Shown: one piece after another, positions 1-7,547 of the stretch
Layout: the number at the start of each line of letters is the position of its first letter
Numbering within the stretch: position 1 is the first letter of the stretch
Notes under the pieces: generated by a model
The model's database searches: none
Told to the model about the DNA's origin: nothing
The model's input: the letters and a program-made list of their open reading frames with translations, nothing else
Made by a program: the position numbers and the translations under genes
Source of the DNA: a bacterium
GTDB taxonomy: Bacteria > Bacteroidota > Ignavibacteria > UBA10030
DNA length: 12,693 bases
Assembly: GCA_043803945.1 (NCBI GenBank)
Contig: JAZDJN010000108.1
Location: 1-12,693, forward strand
Direction of reading: 5' to 3'

Positions 1-46
1 TACTCAGAAGACCATCAACATATAATTGAAGGAGTTTCTTGTCCAT
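1..46 (-). CDS. Putative IS701-family transposase, first 15 codons (partial)
   Basis: ATG at 46 gives MDKKLLQLYVDGLLS..., resembling recalled IS701-type transposase N-termini (pattern MxKxLLDLYxDYLxS). It is preceded by GAAGGA. The segment is very short. Confidence 0.5.
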   Translation of the reverse strand, partial: MDKKLLQLYVDGLLS

Positions 47-138
47 GGGCTATCCTTCGATTAATTTCACCAGTTACATAGTTTCACTCTTTGGGCTGTG
101 TTCAAATATACGATTATTTCAATTTTGCGTAACATCAC
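1..138 (-). mobile_element. End of a probable IS701-family insertion sequence, continuing beyond the left edge
   Basis: On the minus strand the dehydrogenase reads ...ATT AA|G TGA TGT TAC GCA AAA. Homology stops exactly after TTAA (139-142), which fits the YTAR target typical of IS701. An IR-like end (GTGATGTTACGCA) follows, then an RBS (AAGGA) and an ORF start at 46. Only one end is visible. Confidence 0.6.
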
Positions 139-851
139 TTAATAACTAATGCACTCTTCTTCATGAGAGAGAGCCGTGAAGCGTTGATCAGGCCTTTTGT
201 TTGCTGAGTCAACGGACAGTGGAGAGTGACAACATCAGCATTATGTAACAACTCATCCAGCGGTACGCGTTGAACGGTGAATCCATCCAATTGCTCGATT
301 CCAAGAGCGGATCGTCCGCTTGCAAGTATGAGCATGCCGAAAGCATGGCCAATCTGGGCAACCCGCTTACCAATGGATCCCAGCCCTACAATGCCGAGCA
401 CCTTTCCGGCAAGTTCGCGAACCGGTGCAAATGTAAAACTAAAATCAGCACATCGCACCCAGTCGCCCTCCTTTACTGCAAGATCATGGCGTGCTGTGTG
501 TACCGTGAGTTCGAGAAGGAAGGCAAAGACCAGTTGTGCCACGGAATCCCTGCTATAATCAGGTACATTTGATACAACAATGCCGCGCTCCCGAGCGGCA
601 TCGACATCGACAATGTTATATCCCGTTGCCAGCACACCGATATATTTCAAATCATGAAGCTGCTTCAAAACCTCTGCGGAAAGAATCGTCTTATTAGTCA
701 AGACTAATTCGAATCCGCGGGCACGATTGACAACATCCTGCGCGGGTGTACGATCATAAATGGTGAGAGAGCCGATCGCTTCCATGGGCTCCCAACTGAG
801 ATCACCGGGATTGATCGGATAGCCGTCCAGAATCACTATAGGTTTGATCAT
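135..851 (-). pseudogene. D-2-hydroxyacid (glycerate/hydroxypyruvate) dehydrogenase, 3'-truncated by insertion
   Basis: Motifs LATGYNIVD, SNVPDYS, GLGSIG (NAD binding) and LHCPLT. It ends at KKSALVIK*, where the family continues LINT(A/S)RG. The catalytic Arg/Glu/His region is missing (238 aa versus about 320 typical). The stop codon is supplied by the inserted sequence. Confidence 0.85.
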
Positions 852-869
852 CGAAGTCTTCTGTAATCG

Positions 870-1358
870 CTATTGTGGAATTGCCACTTCAACCTCTATT
901 ACCTGAAGTGCATTCTTCAAATCGGCGGGTGTAATTTCAACGAGGAAGCCTCTTTTGCCACCGTTGATGTAGATTTTTTCGAGATCAAAAATTGTTTTCT
1001 CGACATAGACAGGCAACGCCGTGCGCGTTCCAAATGGACTGGTTCCACCGAACTGATAGCCGGTGAATCGCTGGGCGGAGGCTGCATCACAGGGAGCCAC
1101 ACGTTTTACATTCAGAATTCGGCTAAACTGCTTTGTCGATACTTCATAATCGCCATGCATCAACACGATGAAGGGCTTCTTGTTATCGGCTTCCATCACC
1201 AGAGTCTTCACCACGTGATGCTCGGGGACATTCAATGCACTGGCCGAGAGTTTAGTGCCTCCATGTTCTTCGTAGGTGTAGAGATGGGGAATGAAGTTAA
1301 TATTCTTTTCTCGGAGGAACCGGACTCCGGGAGTAATCGGATATTCGGTGTGTGCCAT
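870..1358 (-). CDS. ybaK: Cys-tRNA(Pro) deacylase, YbaK/EbsC family
   Basis: VVKTLV (conserved Lys), TGYQFGGTSPFG and INGGKRG motifs; 162 aa. Confidence 0.9.
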   Translation of the reverse strand: MAHTEYPITPGVRFLREKNINFIPHLYTYEEHGGTKLSASALNVPEHHVVKTLVMEADNKKPFIVLMHGDYEVSTKQFSRILNVKRVAPCDAASAQRFTGYQFGGTSPFGTRTALPVYVEKTIFDLEKIYINGGKRGFLVEITPADLKNALQVIEVEVAIPQ

Positions 1359-1363
1359 GGTTC

Positions 1364-1717
1364 TTACTTCTCCATTTCCAGCAACCGCTGTTGTTTCTTG
1401 TACCAGCTAAATTTTAAGAGATTGATTTTATCGCTCCGGAAATTTATCCCCTCAGAAATCAGAAGAGCTTTCTGCATTTTATACTCATTCGTTGGTTTCG
1501 GGAAGGCAATCATGCCGCGGGCGTTGACCACACGATGCCATGGTACACGAAGCTCGGGCGGCAGTTTATTGAGGGCATAACCAACAACGCGAGGCATCTG
1601 CGGAATTCCTGCATCCGCAGCTACCTCGCTGTACGTGGCTACATACCCTTTTGGTATCCGGGCGACAATCTCCCAGATTTTTTGGTAAAGCTGACTGTAT
1701 GTTTTTTTCTTCCGCAC
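1364..1717 (-). CDS. Alkyltransferase-like protein (ATL, MGMT family DNA-binding protein)
   Basis: IPKGYVATYSEVA, PRVVGYAL and PWHRVVN. Trp replaces the catalytic Cys of PCHR, which is the ATL signature. GTG start. Confidence 0.88.
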   Translation of the reverse strand: MRKKKTYSQLYQKIWEIVARIPKGYVATYSEVAADAGIPQMPRVVGYALNKLPPELRVPWHRVVNARGMIAFPKPTNEYKMQKALLISEGINFRSDKINLLKFSWYKKQQRLLEMEK

Positions 1718-1736
1718 GGTTCATGCCGAAGAACAT

Positions 1737-3263
1737 TTACAGCGTAACCGGCTCTGCCATTTTCGCCAGTTCTGCTGCTGAAGACTTTTCCACATCGGCA
1801 TGCAAACTCTTACCGTGGGAATCCATCGTTACAATAACAGGAAAATCTTTCACGCGGATATGCCACATCGCTTCCGGAACGCCGAACTCAATGAAATCCA
1901 CGCCGGTAACCTGTTCGATACATGCCGTGTAATACTGTGCTGCACCGCCAATGGCGCTGAGATAGACGGAGCCAACCTCGTTCAATGCGGCCAGAGTTTT
2001 TGCACCCATCCCGCCTTTTCCAATCACAGCCCGAACATTGAATTTGCGGATAATATCTCCCTGATACGGTTCTTCACGGATACTCGTGGTTGGGCCTGCA
2101 GCATTCATAATCCAGGTTCCATCCGGCTGTTTCAATGACACCGGGCCACAATGATAAATCGCACCACCGTTCAGATCGACGGGTGAATCGTGTGTCATGA
2201 GATGATGATGGAGAACATCCCGTCCCATATGCAGCATACCATTAAGCAGGAGAACATCGCCGACATTAAGAGCGCGCACCTGCTCTTCCGACAGCGGTGT
2301 TGTCAGACGGACTTCGCGGCCTGTTAACGGCAATTGTTCCTGCTGAGCCATTTTCATTGCAGCGGAGTCTCCTTTGTAAAGCCATTTCTTGATTTTTCCG
2401 GAGTTCAGATCGATTGTAACACCCAGCCGGCGAAATGCCCAACAATTGTACGCAACGGTGACGAAGAAACATGCCGGCAGGCGGTGGAAACTTCCGATCT
2501 TGCATCCGATGAGTGTTTGGTTGCCGCCGAAGCCCATTGTGCCGATACCCAACTGTTGCGCATGCTCCATAATATAACTCTCCAACTTTGCAAGCTCTGG
2601 ATCCGGATTGATGTCATCAAGCGTTCGGAAGAGCTGCTTCTTCGCATAGGCATATCCCGAAGCCCGATCACCGCCAATTGCGACGCCGAGTGCCCCAACG
2701 CTGCAGCCCTGGCCTTGCGCCTGCCAGACAGCATGCAAAATGCACTTACGTACACCTTCAATCGTTCGATCGGCACGGCCGAGATTGGGCAGCTCACAGG
2801 GAACGGAGTATTGGATATTTTTATTCTCACATCCGCCACCCTTGAGCAGCAGCTTGACCTCAATTTCTGGTTCTTCCCATTGCTCGAAATGAATCACCGG
2901 ACACCCTTCACCGATATTATTCCCGCTGTTTTTCCCGGTCAGTGAGTCGACAGCGTTAGGGCGCAATTTACCCAGCTTGGTTGCCTGTGCAATGGCTTCG
3001 AGGATTTGTTTGCGCATCATGATTTGATTGGTACCGATGGGTGTCTTTATCTCAAACGTCGGCATGCCGGTATCCTGGCAAATGGGGCCGCAATTCGTAA
3101 CGGCCATATCGATGTTCAATGCAACAGTCTGGAGCGCGAGATCCGATTGGGTTCCTTTCGTCTCCTTCTCCATGGTTGTCATTAAGGCTCTGCGAACATC
3201 CGCAGGAAGATTTGTAGAAGTTTCGACTATGAGGTCGAGCATACTTTGTTTAAAATGGTCCAT
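1737..3263 (-). CDS. fumA: Class I (Fe-S) fumarate hydratase, fused alpha/beta form
   Basis: CQDTG, KGGGCEN, CWAFRR, GPTTSIRE and IGKGGMG motifs. The start is placed at ATG 3263 (MDHFKQ) behind a GGAAGGA RBS rather than at 3356. Confidence 0.9.
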   Translation of the reverse strand: MDHFKQSMLDLIVETSTNLPADVRRALMTTMEKETKGTQSDLALQTVALNIDMAVTNCGPICQDTGMPTFEIKTPIGTNQIMMRKQILEAIAQATKLGKLRPNAVDSLTGKNSGNNIGEGCPVIHFEQWEEPEIEVKLLLKGGGCENKNIQYSVPCELPNLGRADRTIEGVRKCILHAVWQAQGQGCSVGALGVAIGGDRASGYAYAKKQLFRTLDDINPDPELAKLESYIMEHAQQLGIGTMGFGGNQTLIGCKIGSFHRLPACFFVTVAYNCWAFRRLGVTIDLNSGKIKKWLYKGDSAAMKMAQQEQLPLTGREVRLTTPLSEEQVRALNVGDVLLLNGMLHMGRDVLHHHLMTHDSPVDLNGGAIYHCGPVSLKQPDGTWIMNAAGPTTSIREEPYQGDIIRKFNVRAVIGKGGMGAKTLAALNEVGSVYLSAIGGAAQYYTACIEQVTGVDFIEFGVPEAMWHIRVKDFPVIVTMDSHGKSLHADVEKSSAAELAKMAEPVTL

Positions 3264-3426
3264 GTCAATTGTTCCTTCCATAGTGCAAGTGGGATATACA
3301 ATACAATTCAGGTAACTTATCAGATAGATGCCAAATAGTGACGTAATTCGATTCAATAATTCTTTAAATCTTGAAAAGCGAAATTGAAATCAACAATCAA
3401 TGGGGATTATTCTTTGCCGACTCCGA

Positions 3427-3491
3427 ACCTCCCCATCTCCCCTCCCTGCCTGCGGCAGGCAGGCTTGCCAAGGAGGGGAAAAAGGGGAGGT
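3427..3491. repeat. REP-like hairpin with a 19-bp palindrome inserted in one arm
   Basis: Outer pair ACCTCCCC (3427-3434) / GGGGAGGT (3484-3491). Removing CCTGCCTGC-G-GCAGGCAGG (3445-3463) restores a perfect TCCCCTCCTTG / CAAGGAGGGGA stem. Confidence 0.8.
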
Positions 3492-3551
3492 CAAAAATAA
3501 GATTAATCGCTTCAATCAAGAAGATTCTTCCTTCTGTGTAACATCATTTAT

Positions 3552-4484
3552 TCAGTTCAATCTCTGTCCTCCGGCAAGCGGAGGAGTGAGCTCAATGGAT
3601 TCAATAGCGAAGTCCGGAAGCGTGCGATTCTCATACAGTGAAAGCTGTGCTCCATACGCAACACTGCGGTTCCACATTTTTGACAAAATAAAGAGTTGCT
3701 GCATACCTGCCATCACAATGATTGTCATCCCATCCGACATACCGACAGCGAGATCTAGTAAAACATACACCGCAAAGAAGAGAAGTGCAAGAAGCAGCAG
3801 GAAGATTTGCAGAATCATGGTCGAGAAAAAATTCCTCAAAATAAAAAGGAAGGACTTTCTGAACGATTTCAAGACAGATCGCTCAGAATGGAGAACAATG
3901 GCAATTTTTGCATAGTCAGAGAGAATCGCAAGAAGCATAATGGGCAGAAGGAAAAGAAGAATCATCATGAGAGCGAAATAAAAAACCGGAACTTCCGATG
4001 ATGCCCCGGAGGATAAACTCGAGAACACAACGGATAATATCCCTCCCCAGATTATTGAGACCACAATTACTACCGGGAGAATAAGACAAAGCAATCTCAG
4101 AAACCTTCCAAAATACTCACCGCACCCGGCGAAAAACGATCGGAGAGAAAATGGTGACTCTGTTTCCCTGAGCCGCGCCAGTACACCACCTACTGTAAAT
4201 GTGTTGACCAGCATGTACGCAGAAAAGAGCCAGAGGATCTGGCGGAACAGCGCAGAGATATCCCCTCCATGGTATTGGAGAAAATCATCAAATACCTGAA
4301 AATCAAAATCGCTGAGCATTTCATTCAGAGCGAGCGATGAACCGAGGCGTGATGCCAATACCGATTGAACGGCAAGTGCAAGCACAACGGCAAAGAGCCC
4401 ATTGATTAGATACAGGATTCCAATCATGCCAAAGGATCGATTTGTTTTCTTTATTCCTGTCCTGAGTGCTGTGAAGATTCCCAT
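3552..4484 (-). CDS. Multi-pass membrane protein of unknown function, downstream of the M1 peptidase
   Basis: 310 aa with about 6 hydrophobic segments; strong RBS (AGGAGG) before ATG 4484. Confidence 0.8.
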   Translation of the reverse strand: MGIFTALRTGIKKTNRSFGMIGILYLINGLFAVVLALAVQSVLASRLGSSLALNEMLSDFDFQVFDDFLQYHGGDISALFRQILWLFSAYMLVNTFTVGGVLARLRETESPFSLRSFFAGCGEYFGRFLRLLCLILPVVIVVSIIWGGILSVVFSSLSSGASSEVPVFYFALMMILLFLLPIMLLAILSDYAKIAIVLHSERSVLKSFRKSFLFILRNFFSTMILQIFLLLLALLFFAVYVLLDLAVGMSDGMTIIVMAGMQQLFILSKMWNRSVAYGAQLSLYENRTLPDFAIESIELTPPLAGGQRLN

Positions 4485-4562
4485 GATTATCGACCTCCTA
4501 ATAGAAGCGTTTGTGTTTACTCAGGTTGTTTAGCAATCACAACTGCTTTCACTTATCTTTCT

Positions 4563-4701
4563 GAGGCTGTCTAAAAACTAAAAAAAGACGCTGTCATTCC
4601 CGCATGCTTTAAGCGGGAATCCAGATATTTGCATGATAAAGGCACTGGACACCCGATAAAAGCATTCGGGTGAGACATTTATTTTCTTTTTGGACAGCCT
4701 C
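4563..4701. mobile_element. MITE-like element, 139 bp, with ends resembling IS1182/IS5-type TIRs
   Basis: GAGGCTGTCTAAAAA (4563-4577) and TTTTTGGACAGCCTC (4687-4701) are 14/15 complementary. No transposase inside and no clear target duplication. The family assignment is from recall. Confidence 0.65.
4593..4676. repeat. Inverted REP doublet (REPIN-like) of GTCATTCCCGC...GCGGGAATCCAG type
   Basis: Two 32-nt units in inverted orientation (4593-4624 and 4645-4676), 24/32 identical, each forming its own hairpin. Confidence 0.75.
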
Positions 4702-4805
4702 CCGGAGGGATTTTTCAGGATGCGGCAGAAAAATCTTATCGAGAACCCCAACCCCACAACAAATCCTCCTTCGGGGCTGACTAAAAAGAAAATATAACAC
4801 TAACC

Positions 4806-4899
4806 CGAAGGCGTCCCCGCCTGCTCAGTGGGATCATTCATGGCGGGCAGGTCGCCGAGGGGATTAGCGAAATTATTATGCTCGGCGAGGACGCCTTCG
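4806..4899. repeat. REPIN-like inverted repeat with a 35-nt insertion in the left arm
   Basis: Right arm CTCGGCGAGGACGCCTTCG (4881-4899) is the exact reverse complement of CGAAGGCGTCC (4806-4816) plus TCGCCGAG (4852-4859) once 4817-4851 is removed. Confidence 0.8.
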
Positions 4900-5043
4900 C
4901 ACTAGTAAATACTTTTTGGTCATCCTCAAAATGTTCCTCACAGAAAAGAACACCAAGAATGATCCTGCGACAATATAAACAAATGGAAAACAAATTTTCC
5001 TCCTGGTAAACAATACTCAGCATTTACAACTATTTGTTGTTCA

Positions 5044-7050
5044 TCATCCTATGATGGCAGCCAATTGGAGAAAATTCTGAAACCAGAACATGAACTTCAG
5101 AGCATACTTCCATGCCGGCGCCGCTTTCGATTCCGTTGTGATGCTGTTGTTGATAGTGTTTACATCAATAAGTAAAACCTGATCCGGATCCACTTTTGCC
5201 CAAACCAGTTTCTCGGTTCCAATATATTTGAACTCCTTAAAACGATTTTTTCCATCCCACGACTCGCGCACTTCTCTTCCGCTGTCAAAATGGAGGAGAA
5301 TATCAACCGGCATTATTACTTCACCGAGCCGCGAGACAGTCACTTTCGCTTCAACGAGATTATGATCCTTCTCAGCCTCATTCCGGGTGATCGTCTTTTT
5401 TTCTCCGCCGTTCCCGAAGACACCTGTTCTCGGTTGGATTTCTCTGTTCTTGAGGTACCGAACAGCATAGTCGCATACTTCAGTCCCATAGAGTACCTGA
5501 TCGAAAAACCAATTCATATCCTTTCCGAACCGCTGCCCGCAGTACTTTGGAACAATCTCGTTGACAACATTGATAAAATCGCGCGAATCGGGATGCCGAA
5601 ATTTCCATCGCTGAAAATAGGTCTTCATCACTGTATCCATAACCGGTCTTCCGATGAGCCGGTCCAGTGTCATCAGCATCAAGGCTGCTTTTTGATAGAC
5701 GAGGTTTCCATATCCTCCCATCGTAAATTTCCATGAGGGAGTAGCAATGGGAGCAATTTTTGGATTCGACATTCGCACATAGCCAGTGCGTGAAATTTGG
5801 ATGCTGCCGATGTGAAATCCGGGAAGATCGATTACCGAGGTTTTCTCGCCATACGTCTCAGTCATTACCCGCAACTCATAATAGGAATTGATTCCTTCAT
5901 CGAGCCAGGCTTCCTCAAATTCATTGTTGGCAACCATTCCGTACCAATATTGATGGCCAAATTCATGTTCCGTCACCAGTTCTGCAAACTTTATCTCAGT
6001 CCCGATTCCCCAAAACGAACCAGCCGTAATAAGGGTCGGATACTCCATGCCGCCGGTTCCAAATGCTCCATAAGCAGGATCGACAACAGTGATTGTGGAG
6101 TAGGGATAGGGACCGACATGCTTATTGAAATATTCGAGTGTCGCCTTGAGGGCGGTAAGGTAACGATTCACCTGATGCTTGCGCTGAGGCTGCATCAGGA
6201 TCCGGATCTCTACATGACGCCATGTATCTTTTACATCAAGGAAATTTGGCGATGCCGTCCAGGCGAAATCGTGTACGTCGTCAGCATAATGAACCACTCT
6301 CTTCCTTCCATCGCCAAGATCTTTTACCTGCCGCAATGCACCCGTTGCACCGACAATATATTCCTGAGGCAGAGTGATACTGACATCGTACACGCCAAAG
6401 TCGGCATAGAATTCACCCATCGCATGGTATTGGTGACAATTCCAGCCGCTCTTTTTTACAGAGCGTTGACCAGGAACTTCGTAGACACCGATTTTGGGGA
6501 ACCACTGGGAGATGAAATAGTAATTCTGATAGTACCCTGTTCGTTCGACGACTGAGGGGATCTTCGAAACAAATTCAATGATCAGCGTAACCGAGGCACC
6601 GGGAGCAACAGGTTTCTTCAACGGTATGCGGATTACCGTCTGGTCAAGATCATTATCGTCATCCGGGTGAATAAATTCGATTCGTGAAGTAAGATCTTCG
6701 CCATCTGATGTCTTCATCGATTTCACATCAATCCAGCCCCAGTCGTCTTTCCCCATCATACTCCAACGGTCTCCGCTTAATTCCCGCATCAGTGTCGACT
6801 CACTATTCTTAAATGCATTATAGTACAGATGAAACTGCAGCTCTGTGATTCGATCGTTTGATGGATTACGCCAGGTGAGTGTTTCCGTTCCTGACAACAT
6901 CTTCTTCTCTACATCGAGCGATACTTGAATGGTATAATTCGCAATGCGTGGACTTAGAGGTGCACTGTTTGTTCTCTGTTGTGCATACTGATTCAAAGAG
7001 AATATGACAAGGGCTAACAGGACTGTAACAAATCGTCCGATATTCTTCAT
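5044..7050 (-). CDS. M1 family zinc metallo-aminopeptidase, secreted
   Basis: GGMEYP exopeptidase motif; HEFGHQYW...WLDEG (HEXXH-X18-E); N-terminal signal peptide; hydrophobic C-terminal tail. Confidence 0.92.
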   Translation of the reverse strand: MKNIGRFVTVLLALVIFSLNQYAQQRTNSAPLSPRIANYTIQVSLDVEKKMLSGTETLTWRNPSNDRITELQFHLYYNAFKNSESTLMRELSGDRWSMMGKDDWGWIDVKSMKTSDGEDLTSRIEFIHPDDDNDLDQTVIRIPLKKPVAPGASVTLIIEFVSKIPSVVERTGYYQNYYFISQWFPKIGVYEVPGQRSVKKSGWNCHQYHAMGEFYADFGVYDVSITLPQEYIVGATGALRQVKDLGDGRKRVVHYADDVHDFAWTASPNFLDVKDTWRHVEIRILMQPQRKHQVNRYLTALKATLEYFNKHVGPYPYSTITVVDPAYGAFGTGGMEYPTLITAGSFWGIGTEIKFAELVTEHEFGHQYWYGMVANNEFEEAWLDEGINSYYELRVMTETYGEKTSVIDLPGFHIGSIQISRTGYVRMSNPKIAPIATPSWKFTMGGYGNLVYQKAALMLMTLDRLIGRPVMDTVMKTYFQRWKFRHPDSRDFINVVNEIVPKYCGQRFGKDMNWFFDQVLYGTEVCDYAVRYLKNREIQPRTGVFGNGGEKKTITRNEAEKDHNLVEAKVTVSRLGEVIMPVDILLHFDSGREVRESWDGKNRFKEFKYIGTEKLVWAKVDPDQVLLIDVNTINNSITTESKAAPAWKYALKFMFWFQNFLQLAAIIG

Positions 7051-7181
7051 TGATGTTACTCCAATTTAGACTTGAGAACCGAATGGAAAGTGTAGTCACG
7101 AGGACACTGAGGAAAATAAATCTTAAAATATTGAAATTATTTAGTACGTCTAAGAATGTATTGAGTGTCTCTTGTTTTTCT

Positions 7182-7301
7182 GGGGCCGTCCAAAAAGTAC
7201 TTTGTTGATGTAGATCAGACATCGGGATTGTGCATTTTAAATCATTTTCACTATCTCAACGTGGACGAGTTGGCAACTCGTCCTACATTTTGGACAGCTC
7301 C
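7182..7301. mobile_element. MITE-like element, 120 bp, same end family as 4563-4701
   Basis: GGGGCCGTCCAAAA (7182-7195) and TTTTGGACAGCTCC (7288-7301) are 12/14 complementary. The interior is unrelated to the first copy. Confidence 0.6.
7263..7286 (-). repeat. GTAG-type REP hairpin
   Basis: Minus strand GTAGGACGAGTTG-C-CAACTCGTCC, a perfect 10-bp stem beginning with GTAG. A truncated partner GTAGATCAGACATC starts at 7210. Confidence 0.75.
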
Positions 7302-7373
7302 CCGGGGGGATTTCAAAAAACTTCTTTCTCATGAGTATAACCAAATCCCTTTCTCCCCTTTTCGAAAGGGGGA
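7302..7373. repeat. Remnant REPIN of GGGGATTT...AAATCCC type with terminal hairpin
   Basis: GGGATTT (7307-7313) / AAATCCC (7343-7349), then CCCCTTT-TCG-AAAGGGG (7355-7371). Confidence 0.55.
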
Positions 7374-7494
7374 AAATTATTCCTCATACATACACCTGTT
7401 GTATCCAATTGATACTATGTTTGACTCAGAGAGATCCAGAAACCACATTGATATAGTGAATTTCACGCTGAGCAATAACAAAACATTAATGCTC

Positions 7495-7517
7495 TTTCCT
7501 TCGTGTCCTTCGTGGTT
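7495..7517. repeat. 9-nt periodic repeat arm (CCTTCGTG twice)
   Basis: TTTCCTTCGTGTCCTTCGTGGTT. Candidate inverted partners are AGTCACGAGGACACTGAGGAAA (7094-7115, 18 matches with one gap) or a degenerate arm starting AACCAC at 7441. Confidence 0.55.
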
Positions 7518-7547
7518 AAAATATTTCCTAACTTTTCAACCAAGCCC

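Noticed and set aside
3264-3356. Longer N-terminus of fumarate hydratase given by the ORF track
   Set aside because: Family-like sequence begins at MDHFKQ, and a good RBS precedes ATG 3263.
3427-3491. Rho-independent terminator for the membrane protein gene
   Set aside because: No U-tract follows the hairpin on the minus strand; it is better explained as a REP-like repeat.
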